DNA of 64,000 nt from a virus (lineage: Duplodnaviria > Caudoviricetes). The position numbers were made by a program, and so were the translations under genes. The notes beneath the pieces were generated by a model, which was not told where the DNA came from, ran no database searches, and was given only the letters and a program-made list of their open reading frames with translations. The stretch is from positions 160,001 through 224,000 of IMG/VR virus record IMGVR_UViG_3300011560_000001; one strand, given 5' to 3'. This document shows positions 8,657 through 18,134 of the stretch, one piece after another. How positions within the stretch are numbered: the stretch's first letter is position 1; each line of letters opens with the position of its first letter.

Positions 8657-10663
8657 ATGACTACAACACAGACGACCACCACGAAACGTCGTGTGAGGGC
8701 ACGCGAGCTTATGCACTGGCCGGTTGATGAGGTGTTCGAATGGGCACAGCCTAACGACCGCGTATATATCGAGATGGACGATGGCGTTCATGAATTACGT
8801 GCGCGACGCATTTTCTTTAGTTACATGCACTGGTCTGTGCATCGCATGTATCCTGAGACACCATTGACAAAAGAGAACCTGGTCGATAAACGCAAGTTTA
8901 CTGCTGGTTCGTCGGTTGCGTTGCAAAGCGCCGCGTATCGTCAATGCATGTATGCTTACCCACAAGAGAATCGCGAGGTTCTCTGGAAAGCATTGTTCGA
9001 TATGTTTAACAATGTGTATAACTTCTTTACGTATGCGTTGGAGGAATACGTAACAACGATTTGTGCGGATGATTTTTATCAGATTACTGTACACCCTGAA
9101 GTTAAGAAAATCATCGCTGAAGCGGAACCCACCCGCGAAGGTATCGAAAGCGCATACAAGAAACTGACAAAGGTACTGAGCACCGATAAAACGTTACATG
9201 CAAACCCTATCGCACGTGCGGTAAGAACCGAACACGTTTCGATTGGGCAGGTGCTACAGTGTATTGGGATGCGTGGATTCTTGACCGATATTAACTCCGA
9301 GATATTCCGCGATCCGGTAATGCGGTCGTATGCAGCCGGTTTGATCTCTCTTCCTGACAGCTTGAAAGAAAGCCGTTCTGCGGCAAAATCGTTGCTGTTC
9401 AACAAAGAGCAGATTAAAAAGTCTGAATATTTCGGTCGTGAACTTCAGATAGCGACAGCGGTCGTGCAACGACTACATCCTGGTGATTGTGGTAGTAGAG
9501 AGACCATCCCGATGCCAATCCGTGATGAGACCGACCTACGCGGCTTCCACGGCCGATTCATTATTCGTGATGACGGTTCGTTGGTAGCGATACAACCACA
9601 CATGAAAGAATTGATCGGCACGACGGTACGCATGCGCTCCGTTAACTATTGTCATCATCCCGATCCTGCTGGGGTATGTACGACGTGCTACGGTGAATTA
9701 AGCCATAACTTCGCATTAACCGATAATGTCGGTGATGGTGCAGCACGTACCTGCTCGCAACAGGTAACGCAGAACATTCTTTCTACCAAACACCACGATG
9801 GGTCGTCAACGGTCTCTACAGCACCAATCCCACCGGAATATCAACATATCCTTCGCTACAGCCAGAACATGAACGACATCAAACTCGCACGTGAGCTGAA
9901 AGGTAAACACGTGTTGATTAAGATGAAGTTAGGTCTTGCGAACATGTTGTACGACGTAGCCGAAGCGGAAGAAATTAGTTCGCTGATACCGCAACGTTTG
10001 TTTAACATGACGCTTTGTGATATGGAGATTTACGACAGGAAAGATGAAAGCTATCGTAAGCTCAAAGTCAATTTCGATTTCTGTGGACGTCCCGTTGTAC
10101 CGAGTAAAGCGTTTATCCGTTATCTCAAACGCCATAGCTGGGAAGTGACGTCTGACGGGATTGTGATTTTCGACTTGAAACATTGGGACAATTCACGTAC
10201 GTTATTCCAGATGCCGTTAATCCACAAAAACATGATGGAATACGCAAAAGAAATCGAACGTGAGTTCAAATTCGGGAAAGGTTCTTTCAGTGCTGGATTC
10301 CTCTCGGAAGACGAAGCAACACCGGAAGAAGTTGCAAACGTGTTGTATTATTGGCATCGTCTGTGTGCCCAGCGTCTGCGAATGAACCTTTCGCATCTCG
10401 ATGTTATTCTCTACGCCAGCATGATTCGTTCGCCACACACGAAAGATTATCGCATGCCGAAACAGGGAACAACACGATACTTCAGTACCTTCAAGAAGAA
10501 CATGAACATGCGCTCCTTGAGTATGAAGTTCGCTCACCAAGAGCAACTGGATGCGTTCCAAAACCCGAACAGTTATATCCCAACCATGAAGCCGGATCAT
10601 CCGATCGACTACATGCTTTTACCGCGTAAAGAACCTAAACCGGAGGATGTATTCACGTTATGA
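8657..10663 (+). CDS. Non-virion RNA polymerase beta' subunit, C-terminal part (phiKZ gp74-like)
   Basis: Q..GMRG, ESRSAAK, EYFGR, GDCGS, Zn site C.HPDP.GVC..CYG, TQ..LS.KH trigger-loop-like motif. Confidence 0.9.
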   Translation: MTTTQTTTTKRRVRARELMHWPVDEVFEWAQPNDRVYIEMDDGVHELRARRIFFSYMHWSVHRMYPETPLTKENLVDKRKFTAGSSVALQSAAYRQCMYAYPQENREVLWKALFDMFNNVYNFFTYALEEYVTTICADDFYQITVHPEVKKIIAEAEPTREGIESAYKKLTKVLSTDKTLHANPIARAVRTEHVSIGQVLQCIGMRGFLTDINSEIFRDPVMRSYAAGLISLPDSLKESRSAAKSLLFNKEQIKKSEYFGRELQIATAVVQRLHPGDCGSRETIPMPIRDETDLRGFHGRFIIRDDGSLVAIQPHMKELIGTTVRMRSVNYCHHPDPAGVCTTCYGELSHNFALTDNVGDGAARTCSQQVTQNILSTKHHDGSSTVSTAPIPPEYQHILRYSQNMNDIKLARELKGKHVLIKMKLGLANMLYDVAEAEEISSLIPQRLFNMTLCDMEIYDRKDESYRKLKVNFDFCGRPVVPSKAFIRYLKRHSWEVTSDGIVIFDLKHWDNSRTLFQMPLIHKNMMEYAKEIEREFKFGKGSFSAGFLSEDEATPEEVANVLYYWHRLCAQRLRMNLSHLDVILYASMIRSPHTKDYRMPKQGTTRYFSTFKKNMNMRSLSMKFAHQEQLDAFQNPNSYIPTMKPDHPIDYMLLPRKEPKPEDVFTL

Positions 10664-12921
10664 AGTTAGCTCGTATCGACGTCTTCTCGCACGGCATGAG
10701 GCTGAGCGGATACGGACTTCGATTTGCCCATCTTATCGGCCATTACCTTCGAGACCGCTGTTTGCATCTGAGGAAACGACGCGATCCTCGTACACGGAGA
10801 ATGGTTACCGATACCATAAACACGTATGCCGCGGCAAGAAGCGATTATAGCGAGGTATACTTACTCCGCGAACAGCTGAAATCGTTTTTGGATTTTATCT
10901 TTTCCCGAGGTATACGAAAAGAGTGGTTGGAAATCGTTTATCACGATCCAATGCCGGGTAAAGAAGTGGAGTTCGTAAAGAAATGGAAGTTCCCGTGGCG
11001 TGAAGATCAGCAAGAATGGTTGGAGTACATGAATGGGGGTAAGGATACCCCCTTCAGAATGAGCCTGAACACCGCTCAAACGGGGTCGGGGAAAGCAATT
11101 CCGCTTAATACACCTGTGAAGGTTCCAGGCGGTTGGAAGCCGATTGGCGAGCTTCAGTTAGGGGATCAGGTTATTGGCGCGGATGGGTTACCGACGAACG
11201 TAACCGCTATATTTGATCATGACGATATTCAGCTTTATGCTATCTTCTTTGAGGATGGTAGGATGGTTGAAGCGTGTGGTGATCATCTCTGGCAGTGTAC
11301 TGACCCTGATAAAGTTCTCAGTACGGACGAAATCATGGAATGTATTTACGACAGACCTGCTCGATCTCGTCCAGTAAGAATCCGACTTTACGAACCGAAA
11401 GAACTCGTCGGTCTCGAGGAATTTAAGGCGGTAATCAAAGGTCGTTGTGAACTGAGAATCAAAAACGGGGAAGCTCACCTTGCGGTCAGAACCGTCAATT
11501 CGCAGATAACAGCCAGGGTCTGGGAGTTGGCTTATCAGTTAGGAGGAATTGCGTATAAATACCCCATTGATAGTTACATAATGGTGACATTAATTTACCA
11601 TTCCGATTTGCGTAAGCTTATTCCTGACGACATTGAGATTCCAGACGATCTCCCCGTTAACCGACTTCCTGGTTTAGCGATTGATAGCATCGTGCCGACG
11701 GTGAAATCGAAAGCACGTTGTATCACGGTGGACAATGACGAAAGCCTTTATGTTATTAAAGACCACATCGTCACGCATAACACCGCGATGTCGCAGGAAA
11801 TCGTGTTTAGGCGGGGTGTACGCACAGGTATTATACTTTCTCCGCGGTATATGCCAGGTTGGCGAAGCTCATTGCTGAACTTCTTTGGGATGGAACCAGG
11901 GGACGTTATCGAGATACGCGGGAACGCTAAGGAGGATCCACCGCATCCCGACATTCCTCGTTACAGTATGTTGGAGTTTCAAACCTTGGTTGAACAAGGT
12001 GAACTCGACTTCAAAATCGCATTGTTCTCCTTGAACATGTTCCAACGTTATATTGCGGACTACGAGAAGAATAACTGCGTTGCGCCATATGCCTTCCATC
12101 CCGCTGAGTTTTGGGAAAAGACCGGCATAGGTTTGCTGATTCATGACGAGTGCCATGAAGCATTGCATTTCTTGTTTAAGGTCAAGTGTTACGCTAGTAT
12201 TCCGGAAATCATCTATCTGTCAGCAACGGCGGTGTCCGATGATCCGTTCATCGAGCGGATGTTGTATTTGATGTATCCGAAAGAAGCGCGTTTCGCAAAA
12301 GGCGAATACAAGAAATACATTGCGGTAAATGCCGTGACGTATCGACTACGCAGTACAGATAAAGTCAGATACAAAGGGTTTGGGGGTTCTTATTCTCACA
12401 CGATATTCGAACAGTCTATCATGAAGAACAAGCAACTCAAACTCGCGTATTTCAACTTTATCTATACGGTTATCATCAAAGGTTTCATGAACCAGTATCA
12501 GGAAGGTATGAAGATGCTGGTGTATTGTGCAACCGTTGATATGTGTAAGTCACTGTCGCATTATCTCAGTGAACGTATTCCTGAGTTAGAGATCGGTCCT
12601 TATACCGCTGAAGAAGATTTCATGGTCTTGTTGGATAACGATATTAGCGTTACGACGGTGAAATCGGCAGGTACGGGTATCGACCTTCCTGACTTGGTAA
12701 TGGCGTTCATGACGTTAGCGATGGGGTCACGAACCGGTAACATTCAGGTGTTGGGGCGACTGCGTCAGCTGAAAGGGAAGTTTGAAGGAATGACACCAAC
12801 GTTCTGGTATCTGGTATGTACCTCTATCGAAGCGCACCGTAAATACCATCAGCGCAAGGTGGAGTTCTTCAGCGACAAAGTGCTTACCCAGCGTGTTATC
12901 GATGAAGATTTTGAATTGTAA
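10660..12921 (+). CDS. SF2 DExH helicase (phiKZ gp75-like), intein-containing
   Basis: Walker A AQTGSGK/T split by intein; DECH, LSAT, SAGTGIDLP, Q..GRLR motifs. Confidence 0.88.
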   Translation: MKLARIDVFSHGMRLSGYGLRFAHLIGHYLRDRCLHLRKRRDPRTRRMVTDTINTYAAARSDYSEVYLLREQLKSFLDFIFSRGIRKEWLEIVYHDPMPGKEVEFVKKWKFPWREDQQEWLEYMNGGKDTPFRMSLNTAQTGSGKAIPLNTPVKVPGGWKPIGELQLGDQVIGADGLPTNVTAIFDHDDIQLYAIFFEDGRMVEACGDHLWQCTDPDKVLSTDEIMECIYDRPARSRPVRIRLYEPKELVGLEEFKAVIKGRCELRIKNGEAHLAVRTVNSQITARVWELAYQLGGIAYKYPIDSYIMVTLIYHSDLRKLIPDDIEIPDDLPVNRLPGLAIDSIVPTVKSKARCITVDNDESLYVIKDHIVTHNTAMSQEIVFRRGVRTGIILSPRYMPGWRSSLLNFFGMEPGDVIEIRGNAKEDPPHPDIPRYSMLEFQTLVEQGELDFKIALFSLNMFQRYIADYEKNNCVAPYAFHPAEFWEKTGIGLLIHDECHEALHFLFKVKCYASIPEIIYLSATAVSDDPFIERMLYLMYPKEARFAKGEYKKYIAVNAVTYRLRSTDKVRYKGFGGSYSHTIFEQSIMKNKQLKLAYFNFIYTVIIKGFMNQYQEGMKMLVYCATVDMCKSLSHYLSERIPELEIGPYTAEEDFMVLLDNDISVTTVKSAGTGIDLPDLVMAFMTLAMGSRTGNIQVLGRLRQLKGKFEGMTPTFWYLVCTSIEAHRKYHQRKVEFFSDKVLTQRVIDEDFEL
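11095..11781 (+). mobile_element. Class 3 mini-intein (229 aa) in helicase Walker A
   Basis: Starts at Ala (AIPLNTPV); block B ACGDHLW, block F ARCITV, block G HIVTHN|T give the Trp-Cys-Thr signature; no intact LAGLIDADG visible. Confidence 0.88.
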
Positions 12922-12962
12922 CGATAGCGTTTGGTGGAATCAAAAATCAATGAAGGGCCTAG

Positions 12963-13883
12963 ATGCAGGCCCTTATAACCGGAGCATGTATGTCACAAGT
13001 AAGAGGCGTGAAACAAATCGCCAATTTAATGATGTTAAGTGGTGAGACACAGCAGGAACGTGAGCTGGTCTTCTTTGGTAAACTGGCTGAAGACGGTGTT
13101 GAACGTCTTCGTCAAGTCGCATCAAAAATCGAACATATGGTGCAACATCAATGGTTGTTTGATAACACGGCCGTTGGTGGTGTGAAAGGTCAGGTGCGCG
13201 CACGTGCGATACAGATCGATAACGAAGAGCCGAAATACATCATGACCACGAAGGTGTATCGTGGTCCAGGTGACGCAACGGAAAGCGAAGTCGAAATCCC
13301 AGTCGAGATGTTTGACGCGATCGAACGTATGGCTCCTGAAGGCCAGGCGAAAACACGTTACACCGTAGAAAGCGCTGATGGCCTGGCATGGGAAGTTGAC
13401 GTCATCTATACGCGAGACCATCAGGTTGTTGAGTGGACGAAGATCGATATTGAAATTCCGGCCGGAACTTATCTTCGTGAAAATCCATCTGTACCTGAAA
13501 CATTGAATGGTGTGTTTGTACAGATGATCGATCGTCCTCACGCAAAACGTACGGATGAAGAGAACGCTATTCTTGACGATTTGTTCAAGAACAAATTCTA
13601 CATCAAAAACGATAAGGTTGTAGTGAGCAAACTTCCTGAAGGGTTCGAACGCTTTGTTGATCCTAAGGTCGTCATTGAAATGCTGATGCCTGCCATCGAA
13701 CCTCTCGTAAATATGATTCCAGCGTTAAGCTACAACGAGAAGTATTTTGATTTCGATGAAGAAGGTCAGCTGAAAAGCGCTCTGCAAGAACTCAAGCATG
13801 CCGCACTCAGTGTCTTACGTTTAAGTAAGAAAGACGTCGAAGAGTGTGATTGCGACCAAGATAAGAATGGAGAAAATGAATGA
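12963..13883 (+). CDS. CYTH / triphosphate tunnel metalloenzyme-like protein (true start may be 12990 or 13029)
   Basis: ERELVF (ExE), VRAR, MTTK, ESEVEI, KTRY, WEVDV, IDIE pattern of the CYTH fold. Confidence 0.65.
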   Translation: MQALITGACMSQVRGVKQIANLMMLSGETQQERELVFFGKLAEDGVERLRQVASKIEHMVQHQWLFDNTAVGGVKGQVRARAIQIDNEEPKYIMTTKVYRGPGDATESEVEIPVEMFDAIERMAPEGQAKTRYTVESADGLAWEVDVIYTRDHQVVEWTKIDIEIPAGTYLRENPSVPETLNGVFVQMIDRPHAKRTDEENAILDDLFKNKFYIKNDKVVVSKLPEGFERFVDPKVVIEMLMPAIEPLVNMIPALSYNEKYFDFDEEGQLKSALQELKHAALSVLRLSKKDVEECDCDQDKNGENE

Positions 13884-14218
13884 ACGTACAACAAATCTGT
13901 TTAATCGATGATCAGTTCAGTGAAATTAACGGTGAGCGTTACAATGTTGTAAGCTGGACGCTTTCTATGGTTCAGGCTGCTGAACAATTTCCGATGGACA
14001 AACACAGCCCTGAAGCATTCCGCGATGTCTATAAACAAACCCAGCTGGTAGACCGTAAACTACCTGAAGGTTACGACGACGAGAAACTGCTGAACGATAT
14101 TAAGCGTGCGTTCACCCTGCACATGCTGACCTTAACCGAAGACGATCCTTTAGAAATCCCTGACGAGTGGCTTATCTACGATGTGGAAGCCTACTTCATG
14201 AAAGAACTCTGGTTCTAA
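13880..14218 (+). CDS. Hypothetical protein
   Basis: ATGA overlap with upstream stop; GGAG RBS. Confidence 0.65.
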   Translation: MNVQQICLIDDQFSEINGERYNVVSWTLSMVQAAEQFPMDKHSPEAFRDVYKQTQLVDRKLPEGYDDEKLLNDIKRAFTLHMLTLTEDDPLEIPDEWLIYDVEAYFMKELWF

Positions 14219-14227
14219 GTCATAACC

Positions 14228-14275
14228 ACATAAACCTTCCTCCCCGCCCGTTATGGGTAGGGAGGAAGATATGCT
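14228..14275. terminator. Bidirectional hairpin flanked by TATG motifs
   Basis: CTTCCTCCC...GGGAGGAAG between convergent genes; ATATGC on +, TTTATGTG on -. Confidence 0.65.
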
Positions 14276-14289
14276 AACTATTTTTTTTT

Positions 14290-15744
14290 TTACTCGGCGA
14301 AGTGTGGTTTGTAATCAGACTGCCATGCGGTGGCGCTGTTGTCGTAGTTGTTGTGTGAAGTGCCTGCCGAGAATGTCCAACCACTCAGATTCTGATTGAA
14401 CGCGGCGCACCCAGACAACATATTGTCTACATTCGTAACAGCCGAAACATTCCACGAACCGATCGGCTGGTTGAACGCACTGCAACCGAAGAAGAGGTTC
14501 TTCATTGAGGTGATGCTACCCGTGTTCCATTTCGTGATATTCACATCATTAATAAGGCTGCAGCCTTCGAACAAACCTTCCAGCGTTGTCCAGTATGGCG
14601 GAATGTAGTCAGGGACTTTAACTAAGGACGTTAATCCGGTCAGCTGTACAGCCTGCGGTAATCCGTTGTTCCAGTCAACGATTTCAGTGATGTTATCGCC
14701 GCTGATGGTTTGTGTTTGGGTTGGAGCTTCTGGGCTGGAGAGGACGCCGGTAGCAACAATCGTGCGTTCTGTTCCATCACTGTATTCGTGGAACCCGCGA
14801 GTCTGTCCACCCGGTAACGTTGCTTTATTCCCATCACCCCAATCGATGGAAATATTTGTCCAACCGTCCAATGCTAATGTAACGGAACCACCGGTCGTTT
14901 TAAGAATGTATTGAATCGGTTTCGGTTTAGCGTTGCGAACAATCGCCATCGCACCTTTAAGGCTGCCGATAACCCAATCTTTCTTTGTGGTTACCAGTAA
15001 TTCGGAGGCACCATACGACCTCATCTCTACTTCACGAACGTCTTCGCTTTGGTTAATCGTCTGCATCGCTTGTTGCATTTGTTCGCTGGTAATATCACCA
15101 TAACGAACCATGACGTTCAGGACATTCTGGAAGTATTCTGCGTCAAGGACACCTTCAGTCGTTTCGGCATTTCCGTTATCGTCGATAATAGAGGTTGTTG
15201 CTAATAGTAACGAACCGGTTGTGTCAGCTTCAACACCATCCAGATAAACCAGATTCGTAAGATCGGTTTTCTTGATGATAGTAATCAAGCTTAACGTATC
15301 GTTAGCAATATTGAACTGAAGATTACCCGCCCAAACATAAGACGTGTTTGCAACCGGAACCGTAATGTCTTTAATACCGGTGTCTGTGAACGTAATTTGT
15401 TTATTCAGCTCGGATTCGAGGAAGTCGACGGTTGTGTCAAATACCAATCCGTAACGTTCAGCAATCGTATTGATGATATCCCTTACGGCGGTATCTTGCT
15501 TAACGATAACCCGTAACGGGATCCCGGTGAAGTTTTTAGCGATGTCTCGACGGATGTAGGTCAGAGACTGTTCGTTAAAGTAACGGCTATCGTCGTTCGG
15601 TTTGATCGTAACGACGACCGTTCCAGGCACTTCGCTTACCGGTGCCGTCAGTTCAAATTTTACATCGTCTAACGTCAGTTGTAAGCTGTTTTTGCTGTTT
15701 ACTAGCGCAAGGAGTTCGTCTTTCCAGCTTTGTTTGAGTTTCAT
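14290..15744 (-). CDS. Putative virion protein: N-terminal adaptor domain + PKD-like + BspA/DUF285 repeats
   Basis: N-terminus paralogous to 56580 and 62041 (WKDELL.L.N..N; RRDIAK.F.GIP); SIDWGDG; WNTGSITSMKNLFFGCSAFNQPIGSWNVSAVTN repeats. Confidence 0.75.
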   Translation of the reverse strand: MKLKQSWKDELLALVNSKNSLQLTLDDVKFELTAPVSEVPGTVVVTIKPNDDSRYFNEQSLTYIRRDIAKNFTGIPLRVIVKQDTAVRDIINTIAERYGLVFDTTVDFLESELNKQITFTDTGIKDITVPVANTSYVWAGNLQFNIANDTLSLITIIKKTDLTNLVYLDGVEADTTGSLLLATTSIIDDNGNAETTEGVLDAEYFQNVLNVMVRYGDITSEQMQQAMQTINQSEDVREVEMRSYGASELLVTTKKDWVIGSLKGAMAIVRNAKPKPIQYILKTTGGSVTLALDGWTNISIDWGDGNKATLPGGQTRGFHEYSDGTERTIVATGVLSSPEAPTQTQTISGDNITEIVDWNNGLPQAVQLTGLTSLVKVPDYIPPYWTTLEGLFEGCSLINDVNITKWNTGSITSMKNLFFGCSAFNQPIGSWNVSAVTNVDNMLSGCAAFNQNLSGWTFSAGTSHNNYDNSATAWQSDYKPHFAE

Positions 15745-15803
15745 GTATTTTGCCCTATTTTAATAATTACGACGCATATACGTCATACGATTTTGCAGCA
15801 AAC

Positions 15804-15838
15804 GCAGCATAAAGCTCTGCCTGACATCAGGCAGAGCT
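15804..15838 (-). terminator. Hairpin + TTTATGCTG element
   Basis: AGCTCTGCCTGA/TCAGGCAGAGCT perfect stem after the SNF2 stop; TTTATGCTGC on minus strand. Confidence 0.7.
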
Positions 15839-15844
15839 TCTTAA

Positions 15845-17926
15845 TTACCATTCCAAGAACGCAGGTCGTGGTTTAATATCGTATTCCGTGGCGTTTACGG
15901 TAACGTATTGATCGTATCCTTCCATCGCTAACGTTTCCTGCAAGTTAACATCATCTTGCTTGTTCACCACATATTTGACGCCCGTGATTTCTTCAACAAG
16001 CTGCCGACTTAACTCCATGATTTCGTGGCTACGTGTAGAAACGTTACCCTCGCTTCCTGTATCTAACATGAAACGATAAATCCGAACAGGTTGCGTTTGT
16101 CCTACACGATCGAGACGGCTGATGGCTTGGATTTCATCGGATGAACGCCACGGGTTGTTCAGGAAAAGACCCACATTACACATCAGCATCGGAACCCCTT
16201 CAGCTAAGCTATCAAATGTTGCGATAGCGGGACCGCTGTCAGGATCGTCGCGTAGACGGGCAAGTATTTGGTTGATGTTTTTGTTGGTCTTCCCGTAAAT
16301 GGGTTCCGGTAAGAAGCCCGCATCACGAAGCATGTTGTCGACGCGTTCAACCACCTGAACGTACGACGTGAAGATCAGCACTTTGGCTTCGGCGTTATTG
16401 ATGTACCCTTCGAAGTCGATGTATTCCACCATGTCGACATGACACCGAATGCGCGCTGCGCCCAGAACACGCGCCAACGCTTCACCCTGAATTTTCAACC
16501 CAACGTACTTGATGACGCTCTTGGCGTCTTTGAAAGCAACCCTTAAATCAGAAGGAAGAACCGGCATGATGGAACGTTTTTCAAACGCGTTGCAGAACAT
16601 CGCATCTTCTTTGTCTCTGACGGGATCGTAACCTTTCTGGAAACGAGCAACAATCGATTCGTATCGAGATAGCTCTTTACGTTCTCCGTCGGTACGAATA
16701 GTCTTACGATAGTAGTCCAAGGCGTCATCAAAAATCTTTCTGTAATGCCCCCAGTTATCCTTGTAATACTTCGCCCGATCGCGTACAAATATCGCCATAT
16801 CGTCGCGGATACTCGAGATGGTATAATCGCTGCCGTTAGGGAGCTTCACGTAAACATCCTGAACTTCCGGTCGGGTTTTACGATAAGCTTCTTTAGGTAC
16901 AACATGCATCATGAACCCAAGACGATGTCTGAGGATATCGTTAGCACGACTGCTGGTTAAACCGTAAATTGCTTTGAAGCTATCGACCACCTGTCCTTGG
17001 AACATCGGGTCGATACAACCTAAACATGGGATCATCTCAGAACCCATTTGTTTAACAGGTGTACCCGACATAAACAAGACATGAACATCGGCATTCATGG
17101 TCTGACGCATCGTCTGTACGAGATCAACCAATCGTTGGGAACGTTGGCTGTTCTTGTCGTTGAAGTTATGGCTTTCGTCAACAACAATAAGAACGCGCTT
17201 CGCCGTACGTTTATGCTTGATCATCACATCGTTTAATAAGCCCATCGATTCGTAATGTAGAAAATAGTACTTATCGCTTTTCTGCAGCTGTGATGGTTGC
17301 ATTGTATCCGACCAGAACGCGGTTGCTGTTGCAGAGTCAACGATGGCTTTGTTTACATCGGATTGCCATGCTGAACGCATGGTGTTCTTAGGACAGCAGA
17401 CCACAAATACATCGACGTTCATTGCGGCGCTTAAAGCCAACGCGGTGATTGTTTTACCCGCACCGGCACCCATTGCGCACACGTATCCTTTCAGTCGGTA
17501 TTTAGGTACGTTACGGTTATAGATGTCGATAAACTCATCTTGATAATCGAACAAAGAGAGCGTTAGCATTTTGTTCATGCGTGCTTTATCGAGGATTGCA
17601 GGTTGCTCGATTGTGGTATTTTGCAGCCAGGTTTCCTGTAGCAGTACCTCAATAAGGTGCTTCAGCATGCGTTTGTTGCTACGGGTATTCTTTGCCTCGA
17701 TGATCGTTTCGAGAATATAAACGAAATCGGGGAGGTAAAAGTTGTGGAGACTGAGTCCACTAGAAGAGAAATTACGAAACATATGTTTCATAAATCGGGA
17801 GGTACCCCATATTCGCTGAATGTCATCTGAAAGACGCCAGGCATCGATACCCCCGATATGCACGGTGTTGTTACTCTGATTTTTAACCGTTATTCGGTTC
17901 ATTAAACGATTGATTCTATCCAACAT
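15845..17926 (-). CDS. SNF2-family SF2 helicase (phiKZ gp203-like, probably virion-associated)
   Basis: GAGAGKT, VDESHN, MSGTP, PW, QAISRLDRVGQ; likely start MLDRINR. Confidence 0.85.
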   Translation of the reverse strand: MLDRINRLMNRITVKNQSNNTVHIGGIDAWRLSDDIQRIWGTSRFMKHMFRNFSSSGLSLHNFYLPDFVYILETIIEAKNTRSNKRMLKHLIEVLLQETWLQNTTIEQPAILDKARMNKMLTLSLFDYQDEFIDIYNRNVPKYRLKGYVCAMGAGAGKTITALALSAAMNVDVFVVCCPKNTMRSAWQSDVNKAIVDSATATAFWSDTMQPSQLQKSDKYYFLHYESMGLLNDVMIKHKRTAKRVLIVVDESHNFNDKNSQRSQRLVDLVQTMRQTMNADVHVLFMSGTPVKQMGSEMIPCLGCIDPMFQGQVVDSFKAIYGLTSSRANDILRHRLGFMMHVVPKEAYRKTRPEVQDVYVKLPNGSDYTISSIRDDMAIFVRDRAKYYKDNWGHYRKIFDDALDYYRKTIRTDGERKELSRYESIVARFQKGYDPVRDKEDAMFCNAFEKRSIMPVLPSDLRVAFKDAKSVIKYVGLKIQGEALARVLGAARIRCHVDMVEYIDFEGYINNAEAKVLIFTSYVQVVERVDNMLRDAGFLPEPIYGKTNKNINQILARLRDDPDSGPAIATFDSLAEGVPMLMCNVGLFLNNPWRSSDEIQAISRLDRVGQTQPVRIYRFMLDTGSEGNVSTRSHEIMELSRQLVEEITGVKYVVNKQDDVNLQETLAMEGYDQYVTVNATEYDIKPRPAFLEW

Positions 17927-18069
17927 AATCGCGCTCGATTTAATAGAATGTATGATAAAAACTCCTCCCCACACCTTTCCTGGGGAGGAGGCCGGGGATG
18001 TCCCTTAAAATGACGTCATTCGACAATCCATAAAATACGATGGGCATCGAGACGGACCAACACAAATCC

Positions 18070-18095
18070 TTTCACGGCTATATTACTTACGTGAG
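18070..18095 (+). promoter_or_regulatory. Early (virion RNAP) promoter, TATATTAC type
   Basis: TTTCACGGCTATATTAC is identical (17 nt) to 46992..47008; TATATTAC is the known phiKZ early consensus; heads a long + strand gene run. Confidence 0.75.
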
Positions 18096-18134
18096 TAAAG
18101 AAAATTTATTAATAGATTCAAAGAGGTACGTGCG

